DNA from: Escherichia coli
GTDB lineage: Bacteria > Pseudomonadota > Gammaproteobacteria > Enterobacterales > Enterobacteriaceae
DNA length: 64,000 bases
Reading direction: 5' to 3' (one strand)
Assembly: GCF_030013595.1 (NCBI RefSeq)
Contig: NZ_CP122768.1
Both the position numbers and the translations under genes were made by a program. Positions 1-12,304 of this stretch are shown here, piece after piece. Numbering within the stretch: the first letter of the stretch is position 1; every line of letters starts with the position of its first letter. The notes beneath the pieces were generated by a model. That model had not been told where the DNA came from, ran no database searches, and saw only the letters and a list, made by a program, of their open reading frames with translations.

Positions 1-476
1 GCCGTAAACTGAACGCCAACCGCGCCGAGTTCCGCGATAAAAACGTCCTGCTGGTCGACGACTCCATTGTCCGTGGCACCACTTCTGAGCAGATTATCGA
101 GATGGCACGCGAAGCCGGAGCGAAGAAAGTGTATCTCGCTTCTGCGGCACCGGAAATTCGCTTCCCGAACGTTTATGGTATTGATATGCCGAGCGCCACG
201 GAACTGCTCGCTCACGGTCGCGAAGTAGATGAAATTCGCCAGATCATCGGTGCTGACGGGTTGATTTTCCAGGATCTGAACGATCTGATCGAAGCCGTTC
301 GCGCTGAAAACCCGGATATCCAGCAGTTTGAATGCTCGGTGTTCAACGGCGTCTACGTCACCAAAGATGTTGATCAGGGCTACCTCGATTTCCTTGATAC
401 TTTACGTAATGATGACGCCAAAGCCGTGCAACGTCAGAACGAAGTGGAAAATCTCGAAATGCATAACGAAGGATGA
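1..476 (+). CDS. purF: amidophosphoribosyltransferase, C-terminal portion (5' end lies outside the window; in-frame codons begin at position 3)
   Basis: Frame of ORF 102..476 stays open to the window edge; translation ...[49 protein letters not shown]...NLEMHNEG recognised as the PurF C-terminus; followed by ubiX as in the cvpA-purF-ubiX operon. Confidence 0.9.
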   Translation, partial: RKLNANRAEFRDKNVLLVDDSIVRGTTSEQIIEMAREAGAKKVYLASAAPEIRFPNVYGIDMPSATELLAHGREVDEIRQIIGADGLIFQDLNDLIEAVRAENPDIQQFECSVFNGVYVTKDVDQGYLDFLDTLRNDDAKAVQRQNEVENLEMHNEG

Positions 477-570
477 TGCCTTCGCTCAGGGTGCCGGTCT
501 GGCACCCTGACTTGCAACTCCTGCTGAAATCCTGCAAAGTCTGCCTGCAAGTCTGACAGGGCAACTATTT

Positions 571-1140
571 ATGAAACGACTCATTGTAGGCATCAGCGGT
601 GCCAGCGGCGCGATTTATGGCGTGCGCTTATTACAGGTTCTGCGCGATGTCGCAGATGTTGAAACGCATTTGGTGATGAGCCAGGCCGCGCGCCAGACCT
701 TATCCCTCGAAACGGATTTTTCCCTGCGCGAAGTGCAGGCATTAGCCGATGTGACGCACGATGCGCGCGATATTGCTGCCAGCATTTCTTCCGGTTCTTT
801 CCAGACACTGGGGATGGTGATTTTACCCTGTTCAATCAAAACCCTGTCCGGCATTGTCCATAGCTATACTGATGGCTTACTGACCCGTGCGGCAGATGTT
901 GTGCTGAAAGAGCGTCGCCCGCTGGTGCTCTGCGTGCGTGAAACACCATTGCACTTAGGCCATCTGCGTTTAATGACGCAGGCAGCAGAAATCGGTGCGG
1001 TGATTATGCCTCCCGTTCCGGCGTTTTATCATCGCCCGCAATCCCTTGATGATGTGATAAATCAGACGGTTAACCGTGTACTCGATCAATTCGCCATAAC
1101 GCTTCCTGAAGATCTCTTTGCCCGCTGGCAGGGCGCATAA
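571..1140 (+). CDS. ubiX: flavin prenyltransferase UbiX (189 aa)
   Basis: ORF 571..1140; N-terminal MKRLIVGISGASGAIYG flavoprotein motif; synteny after purF. Confidence 0.92.
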   Translation: MKRLIVGISGASGAIYGVRLLQVLRDVADVETHLVMSQAARQTLSLETDFSLREVQALADVTHDARDIAASISSGSFQTLGMVILPCSIKTLSGIVHSYTDGLLTRAADVVLKERRPLVLCVRETPLHLGHLRLMTQAAEIGAVIMPPVPAFYHRPQSLDDVINQTVNRVLDQFAITLPEDLFARWQGA

Positions 1141-1321
1141 CTCCGCTGTTGCCCTGTTTCAGGGCAATTTTGCAACCGCGATCAAATCCTCGACATTTTG
1201 TTTCTGCCATTCAATCGAAACGCTGCGATTCAACCGCTATACCTGCTATCTTCAACTTCAGGACAATAATGCAACGTCTTATTAACATATTTAACGTTGA
1301 ATGTTACTGTTGTCGTCAAGA

Positions 1322-1337
1322 TGGCATAAGACCTGCA
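1322..1337 (+). promoter_or_regulatory. candidate sigma54 (-24/-12) promoter upstream of argT: TGGCAT-N5-CTGCA
   Basis: GG and GC dinucleotides at the consensus spacing of TGGCAC-N5-TTGCA, about 70 bp upstream of the argT ATG; argT is known to be nitrogen (NtrC/sigma54) regulated. Confidence 0.45.
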
Positions 1338-1405
1338 TGAAAGAGCCTGCAAACACACAACACAATACACAACATAAAAAAGCCATTTTCACTTGAGGGT
1401 TATGT

Positions 1406-2188
1406 ATGAAGAAGTCGATTCTCGCTCTGTCTTTGTTAGTCGGTCTCTCCGCAGCGGCTTCCAGCTATGCGGCGCTACCGGAGACGGTACGTATCGGAAC
1501 CGATACCACCTATGCGCCGTTCTCATCGAAAGATGCCAAAGGTGACTTTGTTGGCTTTGATATCGATCTCGGTAACGAGATGTGCAAACGGATGCAGGTG
1601 AAATGTACCTGGGTTGCCAGTGACTTTGACGCGCTGATCCCCTCACTGAAAGCGAAAAAAATCGACGCCATTATTTCGTCGCTTTCCATTACCGATAAAC
1701 GTCAGCAGGAGATTGCCTTCTCCGACAAGCTGTACGCCGCAGATTCTCGTTTGATTGCCGCCAAAGGTTCGCCGATTCAGCCAACGCTGGATTCACTGAA
1801 AGGTAAACATGTGGGTGTGCTGCAGGGATCAACCCAGGAAGCTTACGCTAACGAGACCTGGCGTAGCAAAGGTGTGGATGTGGTGGCCTATGCCAACCAG
1901 GATTTGGTCTATTCCGATCTGGCTGCAGGACGTCTGGATGCTGCGTTACAAGATGAAGTTGCTGCCAGCGAAGGATTCCTCAAGCAACCAGCCGGCAAAG
2001 AGTTCGCTTTTGCTGGCTCATCAGTGAAAGACAAAAAATACTTCGGTGACGGCACCGGTGTAGGGCTACGTAAAGATGATGCGGAACTGACGGCTGCCTT
2101 CAATAAGGCGCTTGGCGAGCTGCGTCAGGACGGCACCTACGACAAGATGGCGAAAAAGTATTTTGACTTTAATGTCTACGGTGACTGA
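1406..2188 (+). CDS. argT: lysine/arginine/ornithine-binding periplasmic protein (260 aa)
   Basis: ORF 1406..2188; signal peptide [22 protein letters not shown]; close paralog of the downstream hisJ product; synteny. Confidence 0.93.
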   Translation: MKKSILALSLLVGLSAAASSYAALPETVRIGTDTTYAPFSSKDAKGDFVGFDIDLGNEMCKRMQVKCTWVASDFDALIPSLKAKKIDAIISSLSITDKRQQEIAFSDKLYAADSRLIAAKGSPIQPTLDSLKGKHVGVLQGSTQEAYANETWRSKGVDVVAYANQDLVYSDLAAGRLDAALQDEVAASEGFLKQPAGKEFAFAGSSVKDKKYFGDGTGVGLRKDDAELTAAFNKALGELRQDGTYDKMAKKYFDFNVYGD

Positions 2189-2408
2189 TACGTCGCAGGG
2201 AAGCTGTACCTGATGGAATGATCATCATGGTGCACGCCAGGTTTGTTGCACTATCGTGGTGCATTGAAATGCATACTTAAGCATTTTTAATGAAAAATAA
2301 TACGTCTAACGGGGCGGGATATTTTGCCTTGATGGTCAATTTTATGGCACGATAAGTGTAACAAACCTGTAAATATTCCCTATAAAAAGACTGTCAGTTG
2401 AGGACATT

Positions 2409-3191
2409 ATGAAAAAACTGGTGCTATCGCTCTCTCTGGTTCTGGCCTTCTCCAGCGCAACTGCGGCATTTGCTGCGATTCCGCAAAACATCCGCATCGG
2501 TACCGACCCGACCTATGCGCCATTTGAATCAAAAAATTCACAAGGCGAACTGGTTGGCTTCGATATCGATCTGGCGAAGGAGTTGTGCAAGCGCATCAAT
2601 ACGCAATGTACGTTTGTCGAAAACCCACTGGATGCGTTAATCCCGTCCTTAAAAGCGAAGAAGATTGACGCCATCATGTCATCGCTTTCCATTACGGAAA
2701 AACGTCAGCAAGAAATTGCCTTCACCGACAAACTGTACGCTGCCGATTCTCGTCTGGTGGTGGCGAAAAATTCCAACATTCAGCCGACAGTCGAGTCGCT
2801 GAAAGGCAAACGGGTAGGCGTATTGCAGGGCACCACCCAGGAGACGTTCGGTAACGAACACTGGGCACCAAAAGGCATTGAAATCGTCTCTTATCAGGGG
2901 CAGGACAACATTTATTCTGACCTGACTGCCGGACGTATTGATGCCGCGTTCCAGGATGAGGTCGCTGCCAGCGAAGGTTTCCTCAAACAACCCGTCGGTA
3001 AAGATTACAAATTCGGTGGCCCGTCTGTTAAAGATGAAAAACTGTTTGGCGTAGGGACCGGCATGGGCCTGCGTAAAGAAGATAACGAACTGCGCGAGGC
3101 ACTGAACAAAGCCTTTGCCGAAATGCGCGCTGACGGTACTTACGAGAAATTAGCGAAAAAGTACTTCGATTTTGATGTTTATGGTGGTTAA
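2409..3191 (+). CDS. hisJ: histidine-binding periplasmic protein (260 aa)
   Basis: ORF 2409..3191; signal peptide; same length as and highly similar to ArgT; followed by hisQMP. Confidence 0.93.
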   Translation: MKKLVLSLSLVLAFSSATAAFAAIPQNIRIGTDPTYAPFESKNSQGELVGFDIDLAKELCKRINTQCTFVENPLDALIPSLKAKKIDAIMSSLSITEKRQQEIAFTDKLYAADSRLVVAKNSNIQPTVESLKGKRVGVLQGTTQETFGNEHWAPKGIEIVSYQGQDNIYSDLTAGRIDAAFQDEVAASEGFLKQPVGKDYKFGGPSVKDEKLFGVGTGMGLRKEDNELREALNKAFAEMRADGTYEKLAKKYFDFDVYGG

Positions 3192-3215
3192 TCGCCATCG
3201 GTGAAAGAAAGTCCG

Positions 3216-3239
3216 CTCCCTTCGGGTAACCGGAGGGAG
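3216..3239 (+). promoter_or_regulatory. intercistronic stem-loop between hisJ and hisQ (10-bp stem with one G-U pair, GTAA loop, no T-run)
   Basis: CTCCCTTCGG-GTAA-CCGGAGGGAG inverted repeat read directly; the position fits an mRNA-stabilising or differential-expression structure between the binding-protein gene and the permease genes. Confidence 0.4.
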
Positions 3240-3280
3240 ACAAGAGGCGGTAATTCACCACACACGACAGGACAGGCAGC

Positions 3281-3967
3281 ATGTTGTATGGGTTTTCAGG
3301 TGTTATTTTACAGGGTGCGCTCGTCACGCTGGAGCTGGCTATCAGCTCTGTAGTGCTCGCTGTAATCATCGGTTTAATTGGCGCTGGCGGTAAGCTCTCG
3401 CAAAATCGGCTTTCGGGGCTGATTTTCGAAGGCTACACCACGCTGATTCGAGGCGTGCCGGACTTGGTGTTGATGCTGCTGATTTTCTACGGTTTGCAGA
3501 TTGCACTAAACACGGTGACGGAGGCGATGGGCGTCGGGCAGATTGATATTGATCCAATGGTCGCAGGTATTATTACTCTCGGTTTTATCTACGGTGCTTA
3601 TTTTACCGAAACGTTCCGTGGTGCTTTTATGGCAGTGCCGAAAGGACATATAGAGGCGGCGACGGCGTTCGGTTTTACTCGTGGGCAAGTGTTTCGGCGG
3701 ATCATGTTTCCGGCGATGATGCGTTACGCCCTGCCAGGCATTGGCAACAACTGGCAGGTGATCCTCAAATCTACCGCACTCGTTTCGTTACTCGGCCTGG
3801 AAGATGTGGTCAAAGCCACGCAGCTGGCAGGCAAAAGTACCTGGGAACCGTTCTATTTCGCCATCGTCTGTGGCGTGATTTACCTGGTTTTCACCACTGT
3901 TTCCAATGGTGTGCTGCTGTTCCTTGAGCGCCGCTACTCCGTGGGTGTGAAGAGGGCTGACCTGTGA
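3281..3967 (+). CDS. hisQ: histidine ABC transporter permease (228 aa)
   Basis: ORF 3281..3967; polytopic membrane protein; synteny hisJQMP. Confidence 0.92.
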   Translation: MLYGFSGVILQGALVTLELAISSVVLAVIIGLIGAGGKLSQNRLSGLIFEGYTTLIRGVPDLVLMLLIFYGLQIALNTVTEAMGVGQIDIDPMVAGIITLGFIYGAYFTETFRGAFMAVPKGHIEAATAFGFTRGQVFRRIMFPAMMRYALPGIGNNWQVILKSTALVSLLGLEDVVKATQLAGKSTWEPFYFAIVCGVIYLVFTTVSNGVLLFLERRYSVGVKRADL

Positions 3968-4680
3968 TCGAAATCTTACATGAATACTGGAAACCGCTGC
4001 TGTGGACCGACGGTTATCGCTTTACTGGTGTGGCGATCACCCTATGGCTGCTGATTTTGTCGGTAGTGATAGGCGGAATTCTGGCGCTGTTTCTGGCGAT
4101 TGGTCGCGTCTCAAGTAATAAATACATCCAGTTTCCAATCTGGTTATTTACCTATATTTTTCGCGGTACGCCGCTGTATGTTCAGTTGCTGGTGTTCTAT
4201 TCTGGCATGTATACGCTGGAGATTGTTAAGGGGACCGAGTTCCTTAACGCCTTTTTTCGCAGTGGCCTGAACTGTACCGTGCTGGCGCTGACGCTTAACA
4301 CCTGTGCTTACACCACCGAGATTTTTGCCGGAGCGATCCGTTCAGTGCCGCATGGGGAAATCGAAGCCGCCAGAGCCTATGGCTTCTCGACCTTTAAAAT
4401 GTATCGCTGCATTATTTTGCCATCGGCGCTGCGTATTGCGTTACCGGCCTACAGCAACGAAGTGATCCTGATGCTGCACTCTACTGCGCTGGCTTTCACC
4501 GCTACTGTGCCGGATCTGCTGAAAATAGCCCGCGATATTAACGCCGCCACGTATCAACCTTTTACCGCCTTCGGCATTGCCGCGGTGCTCTATTTAATCA
4601 TCTCTTATGTCCTGATCAGCCTCTTTCGCAGAGCGGAAAAACGCTGGTTGCAGCATGTGAAACCTTCTTCAACGCACTGA
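3964..4680 (+). CDS. hisM: histidine ABC transporter permease (238 aa)
   Basis: ORF 3964..4680; start overlaps the hisQ stop by 4 bp (translational coupling); membrane protein. Confidence 0.92.
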   Translation: MIEILHEYWKPLLWTDGYRFTGVAITLWLLILSVVIGGILALFLAIGRVSSNKYIQFPIWLFTYIFRGTPLYVQLLVFYSGMYTLEIVKGTEFLNAFFRSGLNCTVLALTLNTCAYTTEIFAGAIRSVPHGEIEAARAYGFSTFKMYRCIILPSALRIALPAYSNEVILMLHSTALAFTATVPDLLKIARDINAATYQPFTAFGIAAVLYLIISYVLISLFRRAEKRWLQHVKPSSTH

Positions 4681-4687
4681 GAATACG

Positions 4688-5461
4688 ATGTCCGAGAATA
4701 AATTAAACGTTATCGATTTGCACAAACGCTACGGCGAACACGAAGTGCTGAAAGGGGTCTCACTGCAAGCGAATGCCGGAGATGTCATAAGCATCATCGG
4801 ATCGTCGGGATCGGGGAAAAGTACCTTTCTGCGCTGCATTAACTTCCTCGAAAAACCGAGTGAAGGATCGATCGTGGTCAATGGCCAGACGATCAATCTG
4901 GTGCGCGACAAAGACGGTCAACTCAAAGTCGCCGATAAAAATCAGCTGCGCTTACTGCGCACACGCCTGACGATGGTATTCCAGCACTTCAATCTCTGGA
5001 GCCATATGACGGTGCTGGAAAACGTCATGGAAGCGCCGATTCAGGTGTTGGGCCTGAGCAAGCAGGAAGCGCGCGAGCGGGCGGTGAAGTATCTGGCAAA
5101 AGTTGGGATAGACGAACGTGCGCAGGGTAAATATCCGGTGCATCTTTCCGGCGGTCAACAACAGCGTGTTTCTATCGCGCGGGCGCTGGCGATGGAACCG
5201 GAAGTTTTACTGTTTGATGAACCTACTTCGGCGCTCGATCCTGAACTGGTAGGCGAAGTGTTGCGTATTATGCAGCAACTGGCAGAAGAGGGGAAAACGA
5301 TGGTGGTGGTGACCCACGAAATGGGCTTTGCTCGCCATGTTTCTACTCACGTCATTTTCCTCCATCAGGGGAAAATAGAAGAAGAGGGCGCGCCAGAACA
5401 GTTATTCGGTAACCCGCAAAGTCCTCGTCTGCAACAGTTCCTTAAAGGTTCGCTGAAATAA
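4688..5461 (+). CDS. hisP: histidine ABC transporter ATP-binding protein (257 aa)
   Basis: ORF 4688..5461; Walker [13 protein letters not shown] signature LSGGQQQR, Walker [12 protein letters not shown]. Confidence 0.95.
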   Translation: MSENKLNVIDLHKRYGEHEVLKGVSLQANAGDVISIIGSSGSGKSTFLRCINFLEKPSEGSIVVNGQTINLVRDKDGQLKVADKNQLRLLRTRLTMVFQHFNLWSHMTVLENVMEAPIQVLGLSKQEARERAVKYLAKVGIDERAQGKYPVHLSGGQQQRVSIARALAMEPEVLLFDEPTSALDPELVGEVLRIMQQLAEEGKTMVVVTHEMGFARHVSTHVIFLHQGKIEEEGAPEQLFGNPQSPRLQQFLKGSLK

Positions 5462-5467
5462 TTTCCT

Positions 5468-5499
5468 CTCCGGTGGCTAACGCTGCCGGAGTATTTCAT
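5468..5499 (+). terminator. possible terminator after hisP (CTCCGG...CCGGAG stem, weak T-tract)
   Basis: Inverted repeat 5468-5473/5486-5491 followed by TATTTCAT. Confidence 0.35.
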
Positions 5500-5656
5500 G
5501 GGGAATTTGCGAGTCCGCTTCCGCTGAAATGTAAAAGTTGCAGTCCGCTAAAAATACTTCTGAATTCGCTGTCCAAAGATAAAAACTGCCTGCTGCATTG
5601 GGTGTAAATCGTGGTTATTGTCGCGTCATCTTAAATTTGAGGGGTGACGGAACGCC

Positions 5657-6547
5657 ATGACAATATCGACAACTTCCACGCCGCATGATGCGGTATTTAA
5701 ATCTTTTTTACGCCATCCAGACACCGCGCGGGATTTTATTGATATTCATCTTCCCGCGCCGCTGCGCAAACTGTGTGATTTAACAACGCTTAAACTGGAA
5801 CCAAACAGTTTTATTGATGAAGACCTGCGGCAATATTATTCCGACCTCTTGTGGTCTGTGAAAACGCAGGAGGGAGCGGGTTATATTTATGTAGTGATAG
5901 AGCACCAAAGTAAGCCGGAAGAATTAATGGCTTTTCGCATGATGCGCTATTCCATTGCGGCGATGCAAAACCATCTTGATGCAGGCTATAAAGAGCTTCC
6001 ATTGGTGATCCCGATGCTGTTTTATCATGGTTGCAGAAGTCCTTATCCTTATTCACTCTGCTGGCTTGATGAATTTGCCGAGCCTGCGATTGCCCGCAAA
6101 ATTTATTCATCGGCTTTTCCGCTGGTGGATATTACCGTGGTGCCGGATGACGAGATTATGCAACATCGCAAAATGGCGCTGTTGGAGTTAATTCAGAAAC
6201 ATATTCGTCAGCGCGATCTGTTGGGATTAGTCGACCAAATTGTTTCGCTGCTAGTTACAGGGAACACTAATGACAGACAGCTAAAAGCCCTGTTTAATTA
6301 CGTATTACAAACGGGGGATGCCCAGCGTTTCCGTGCATTTATTGGTGAGATAGCGGAACGCGCACCACAAGAAAAGGAGAAACTGATGACCATTGCTGAC
6401 AGATTACGTGAAGAAGGCGCAATGCAGGGCAAACACGAAGAAGCTCTGCGTATTGCTCAGGAGATGCTGGAAAAAGGATTTGACCACGAAGTCATCCTGA
6501 CGCTGACCCGACTTTCACCAGACGATCTTATCGCGCAAAGCCACTAA
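5657..6547 (+). CDS. rpnB: Rpn-family recombination-promoting nuclease / transposase-like PD-(D/E)XK protein (296 aa)
   Basis: ORF 5657..6547; translation recognised as YfcI; N-terminal DAVFKSFL... region typical of the Rpn/YhgA-like family. Confidence 0.85.
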   Translation: MTISTTSTPHDAVFKSFLRHPDTARDFIDIHLPAPLRKLCDLTTLKLEPNSFIDEDLRQYYSDLLWSVKTQEGAGYIYVVIEHQSKPEELMAFRMMRYSIAAMQNHLDAGYKELPLVIPMLFYHGCRSPYPYSLCWLDEFAEPAIARKIYSSAFPLVDITVVPDDEIMQHRKMALLELIQKHIRQRDLLGLVDQIVSLLVTGNTNDRQLKALFNYVLQTGDAQRFRAFIGEIAERAPQEKEKLMTIADRLREEGAMQGKHEEALRIAQEMLEKGFDHEVILTLTRLSPDDLIAQSH

Positions 6548-6594
6548 CCCTGTAACACCGGGAGTTAACTGGCGGATGTTTGTAGTAAACCACA

Positions 6595-7488
6595 TCAGCG
6601 AACGACATCCGCCAGCGCCTCTTCTAAATCGTACCAGCGAAACGCAAAACCCGCTTCTTCCAGCCGTTTAGGCAGCGCGCGTTGTCCACCTAATACCAGT
6701 ACTGAAGATTCGCCCATTAACAGTCGAATGGCGGTCGCGGGGACGCGCAAAATGGCCGGGCGATGCAGCGCATGACCGAGCGCATGGGCAAATTGTTCAT
6801 TGCGTACCGGGTAGGGCGAAACCATATTAAATGGTCCACGCAGCTCGTTATCCAGCAGCCAGAGAATGCCGTTGACCATATCATCAATATGAATCCAGGC
6901 CAGATACTGCCGACCGGAGCCAATCGGCCCGCCCAGGCCAAGACGAAACGGCGGCAGCATTTTACCGAGAATACCGCCATCCGGTGCCAGCACTACGCCG
7001 GTACGCAGCAGGCACACTCGCGTTTTGTCACTTTGTGCCCGACAGGCAATTTCTTCCCAGCGGGCGCAGAGTTTATGGGTAAATTCGTTATGCGGCGGTT
7101 CCTCTTCGGTAACCACCACTTCACCTAAGTCGCCATAAAAGCCCGTTGCCGAGCCGGAAATGAGTACCGACGGTGGCGTGTCGCTGGCATTAATCAAATC
7201 GACCAGTTTTTGCGTGATATTCCAGCGGCTTTGGCAGAGACGCTCTTTTTGCTCGTGAGTCCAGCGTTTATCAGCAATCGGTTCTCCGGCCAGGTTGATT
7301 ACCGCATCAACGTCGTTGAGGTTACTTTGATCGGCAAGCCCTTGCCATAGTGTCACCCGAGGGCCGAGAACGGAACTGGCTTTCTGCGGGTTACGCGTCA
7401 CTACTGTGATTTGATGGCCCAGATCCAGCAAACGCGGAATCAAATGGCGACCAATTAATCCCGTCCCTCCGGTGATCACTATCTTCAT
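6595..7488 (-). CDS. yfcH: NAD-dependent epimerase/dehydratase-family protein YfcH (297 aa)
   Basis: ORF 6595..7488; N-terminal Rossmann motif [16 protein letters not shown]. Confidence 0.88.
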   Translation of the reverse strand: MKIVITGGTGLIGRHLIPRLLDLGHQITVVTRNPQKASSVLGPRVTLWQGLADQSNLNDVDAVINLAGEPIADKRWTHEQKERLCQSRWNITQKLVDLINASDTPPSVLISGSATGFYGDLGEVVVTEEEPPHNEFTHKLCARWEEIACRAQSDKTRVCLLRTGVVLAPDGGILGKMLPPFRLGLGGPIGSGRQYLAWIHIDDMVNGILWLLDNELRGPFNMVSPYPVRNEQFAHALGHALHRPAILRVPATAIRLLMGESSVLVLGGQRALPKRLEEAGFAFRWYDLEEALADVVR

Positions 7489-7508
7489 GCAGCCTCCCGA
7501 TATGGCGG

Positions 7509-7871
7509 TTAACGCTGCCAGCTTAAGGTCATGGATACCGAATCGGCGTAGCGCAGCGCGTGCAGTTTATCGATCTCCACTTCAGCATACGTCACCCAGT
7601 GATGTTCACGTGCGATATCGAGCACATCCTGCGTTAATTTTTCCAGCAAAGAGAAACGGTTATTCTCTACATGCTGAATAATGTTTTTCGTTACAGTGCG
7701 ATAATTCAGCGCATCGTTGATATCTTCGCTGGTGCGCGCTTTATCGGCGGGATAGTGGATAGTCACATTGATAACAATATCCTGACGGTTGTTAATTTCT
7801 TCTTGCTTAATTCCGATAAACGTACGTAAACGAAGGTTCTTTATACGAATAATAGCGGCAGGTTGTGCCAT
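7509..7871 (-). CDS. folX: dihydroneopterin triphosphate 2'-epimerase (120 aa)
   Basis: ORF 7509..7871; length and sequence recognised as FolX; synteny between yfcH and yfcG. Confidence 0.9.
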   Translation of the reverse strand: MAQPAAIIRIKNLRLRTFIGIKQEEINNRQDIVINVTIHYPADKARTSEDINDALNYRTVTKNIIQHVENNRFSLLEKLTQDVLDIAREHHWVTYAEVEIDKLHALRYADSVSMTLSWQR

Positions 7872-7927
7872 TGCAGGTTCTCCGTTGTTTTACTTAGGAT
7901 GAAATAATACACGAGAACCTGTTTCTG

Positions 7928-9404
<1,477 letters not shown>

Positions 9405-9407
9405 TGA

Positions 9408-9962
9408 GTGATGAAACTGATGTTTGCATCGGACATTCATGGGTCGTTACCGGCGACGGAACGTGTTCTGGAGTTGTTTGCCCAAAGCGGTGCCCAGTGG
9501 CTGGTGATCCTTGGCGACGTGTTGAATCACGGCCCGCGTAATGCTTTACCGGAGGGTTACGCGCCAGCCAAAGTCGCTGAACGGCTTAATGAAGTGGCAC
9601 ATAAGGTTATCGCTGTGCGCGGCAACTGCGACAGCGAAGTGGATCAAATGCTTTTGCATTTCCCGATAACCGCGCCGTGGCAACAGGTATTACTGGAAAA
9701 ACAACGTCTGTTTTTGACGCATGGCCATCTTTTTGGCCCGGAAAACCTACCTGCTTTAAACCAGAACGATGTGCTGGTGTACGGTCATACCCATCTGCCA
9801 GTGGCAGAACAGCGGGGGGAGATTTTCCACTTCAACCCCGGCTCGGTGAGTATTCCGAAAGGCGGTCATCCGGCGAGTTATGGCATGCTGGATAATGACG
9901 TACTTAGTGTAATCGCACTCAATGATCACAGTATCATTGCGCAGGTCGCGATTAATCCGTAA
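9408..9962 (+). CDS. yfcE: metallophosphoesterase (phosphodiesterase) YfcE (184 aa)
   Basis: ORF 9408..9962; calcineurin-like motifs DIHG, GD..NHG, GNCD, GHTH. Confidence 0.9.
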   Translation: MMKLMFASDIHGSLPATERVLELFAQSGAQWLVILGDVLNHGPRNALPEGYAPAKVAERLNEVAHKVIAVRGNCDSEVDQMLLHFPITAPWQQVLLEKQRLFLTHGHLFGPENLPALNQNDVLVYGHTHLPVAEQRGEIFHFNPGSVSIPKGGHPASYGMLDNDVLSVIALNDHSIIAQVAINP

Positions 9963-10019
9963 TTTACCCACAACTCAAAATGCGCCGTAAGAGCGCCAGA
10001 AAAAGAAGGTTTCCTGATA

Positions 10020-10562
10020 ATGGAACAGCGTCGTTTGGCAAGTACTGAATGGGTGGATATTGTCAATGAAGAGAACGAAGTCATTGCACAAGCCAGCCGG
10101 GAACAAATGCGGGCACAGTGTCTGCGTCATCGTGCAACTTACATCGTCGTGCATGATGGCATGGGCAAAATTCTGGTCCAGCGTCGTACCGAGACAAAAG
10201 ACTTTTTACCCGGCATGTTAGATGCGACCGCAGGCGGTGTGGTCCAGGCCGATGAGCAACTGCTGGAATCCGCGCGTCGCGAAGCGGAAGAAGAGTTGGG
10301 CATTGCCGGTGTCCCCTTTGCCGAGCACGGGCAGTTCTATTTCGAAGATAAAAATTGCCGTGTCTGGGGCGCGTTGTTCAGTTGCGTCTCTCACGGTCCC
10401 TTCGCCCTACAGGAAGATGAAGTCAGTGAAGTTTGCTGGTTGACGCCGGAAGAAATCACCGCACGCTGCGATGAGTTCACTCCAGACTCGCTGAAAGCGC
10501 TGGCGTTGTGGATGAAGCGCAATGCCAAAAATGAAGCCGTAGAGACTGAAACGGCAGAATGA
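10020..10562 (+). CDS. yfcD: Nudix hydrolase YfcD (180 aa)
   Basis: ORF 10020..10562; Nudix-box-like [10 protein letters not shown]. Confidence 0.88.
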
Positions 10563-10595
10563 AAAAAGAGCCGCAATTGCGGCTCTTAACATTTT
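10562..10595. terminator. bidirectional rho-independent terminator between convergent yfcD and yfcC
   Basis: Perfect palindrome GAGCCGCAATTGCGGCTC (10568..10585) flanked by an A-run upstream and a T-run downstream. Confidence 0.7.
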
Positions 10596-12115
10596 TAGTG
10601 GTAGCCCATCAACTGAGCGCCGATCACTACGACGCTGGACATAATAAACAGCAGTCCAAGCAGGGTCGCGCCCACCTTCAGCCAGTTACGGAAGTCCACC
10701 CGGCACACACCGAGCGTCGCCATTAACGAAGCTGAGGTTGGGTAAATGATGTGGCTGAAGCCATCACCAAACTGGAACGCCAGCACGGTAACCTGACGGT
10801 TAACACCGACCAGATCGCCAAGCGGTGCCAGTAACGGCATGGTTAACGCCGCCTGACCAGAACCGGACGTCACGAAGAAATTAAATACTGCCTGGAAGAG
10901 CAACATAAACCAGGCCGCGACCGCATTGTCCAGACCGCTAATGGCATTGGCAATGCTGTTGAGGATGGTATTTAACACGCTGGCATCACCCGCTTCACCA
11001 TTACCGACCAGCAGCAAAATCCCTTTGGCGAAACCCACCAGCAGGGCAGGGGCGATCATCATTCGCGCCCCTTCGGTAAAGGATGAAGCCATGGTATTAA
11101 CCGTCATGCCGTTAAGGCGGAAAACAACGCCGATGATGCCAATCACCAGACCCATGGTGAAGAACTGGCTGGCAATTTCTGGAATAAACCAGGCATTAAC
11201 GATCACGCCCCAAATCACCCAGACCATTACGGCGGTCAGGACAATCAATACCAGCCAGTCACCAAAGGTAAACGGACGTTGTTCAACATCCGCCTGCTTT
11301 TCACGAAAGAAGCGGTCGGACTCATGAACGCGTGACAGAAGAGGATTCTTTTTCACTCGTGAGGCGTACACCATGGTAAAGATCAGGCCAATCAGAGTGG
11401 CGATAACCCACACCACGATGCGCAACCCGGAGCCAGAAAGCACCGGAACGCCGGCAATCCCCTGAGCAACAACCACACAAAACGGGTTCATCCACGAACT
11501 GGCAAAACCGATTTGCGTGGCGATATAGGTCACCAGGACGGTGGTAATACTGTCATAGCCTAGCCGGACCATTAGCGGTGCGATGATAATGGCAAAGGCG
11601 ACGGCCTCTTCTCCCATACCAAATACCGCGCCGCCAAGTGAAAACAGAATAAAGAGCGCAGGAATAAAGAGAATTTCATTTCCGCGGGTATGACGAATAA
11701 GCGCCAGGATACCGTTATCAATGGTTCCTGTACGCATCACAATGCCAAACGCGCCGCCAATCACCAGCATAAACATGATGATGCCAACGGCTGTCCCGTA
11801 TTTCGATCCTGAGGTTAACCCTTCAAACGGGAAGTTCATCAGACCCGGGCGTTCATCGCCCGTCGTGAACAGCTGTACGCGGTGATACTCAGGTTCGCCT
11901 GCTTCGTTAGTCAGAATGCGAAAAGAGTGTGGATCTACGACTTTGCGAGTTTTTGTTTGACCATCAACCTGATACTGCACTTCCTGACTGTCAAACATCC
12001 CCACCGGAACTACCCAGGTGGCAAGGCTGGTTAAAATAGCAACAAAAAAGATAATCACCAACGTATCGGGCATTGCCCATCTTCTTGTTGGTTTAGATTC
12101 AGTGATTGCGGACAT
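10595..12115 (-). CDS. yfcC: putative C4-dicarboxylate-type inner-membrane transporter YfcC (506 aa; alternative upstream start at 12136 would give 513 aa)
   Basis: ORF 10595..12136; polytopic membrane protein; start chosen at the MSAITESKP methionine to match the known length. Confidence 0.85.
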   Translation of the reverse strand: MSAITESKPTRRWAMPDTLVIIFFVAILTSLATWVVPVGMFDSQEVQYQVDGQTKTRKVVDPHSFRILTNEAGEPEYHRVQLFTTGDERPGLMNFPFEGLTSGSKYGTAVGIIMFMLVIGGAFGIVMRTGTIDNGILALIRHTRGNEILFIPALFILFSLGGAVFGMGEEAVAFAIIIAPLMVRLGYDSITTVLVTYIATQIGFASSWMNPFCVVVAQGIAGVPVLSGSGLRIVVWVIATLIGLIFTMVYASRVKKNPLLSRVHESDRFFREKQADVEQRPFTFGDWLVLIVLTAVMVWVIWGVIVNAWFIPEIASQFFTMGLVIGIIGVVFRLNGMTVNTMASSFTEGARMMIAPALLVGFAKGILLLVGNGEAGDASVLNTILNSIANAISGLDNAVAAWFMLLFQAVFNFFVTSGSGQAALTMPLLAPLGDLVGVNRQVTVLAFQFGDGFSHIIYPTSASLMATLGVCRVDFRNWLKVGATLLGLLFIMSSVVVIGAQLMGYH

Positions 12116-12235
12116 AGCGCAAATATTCCCTTGCACAAAACAAAGTGGTAAGTATGCAAAGTGAGATGGCGCAATTCATTGATGCAGCGCAGTTAAGCAA
12201 GATAATCAGAAAGGATTAATGCAAATTAAGAGAAT

Positions 12236-12264
12236 AAAAAACCGGAAATAGTGACTATTTCCGG
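12236..12264 (-). terminator. rho-independent terminator downstream of pta
   Basis: Minus strand reads CCGGAAATAG-TCA-CTATTTCCGG followed by TTTTT; located 40 bp past the pta stop. Confidence 0.7.
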
Positions 12265-12304
12265 TTCCGATATCCGCAGCGCAAAGCTGCGGATGATGAC
12301 GAGA

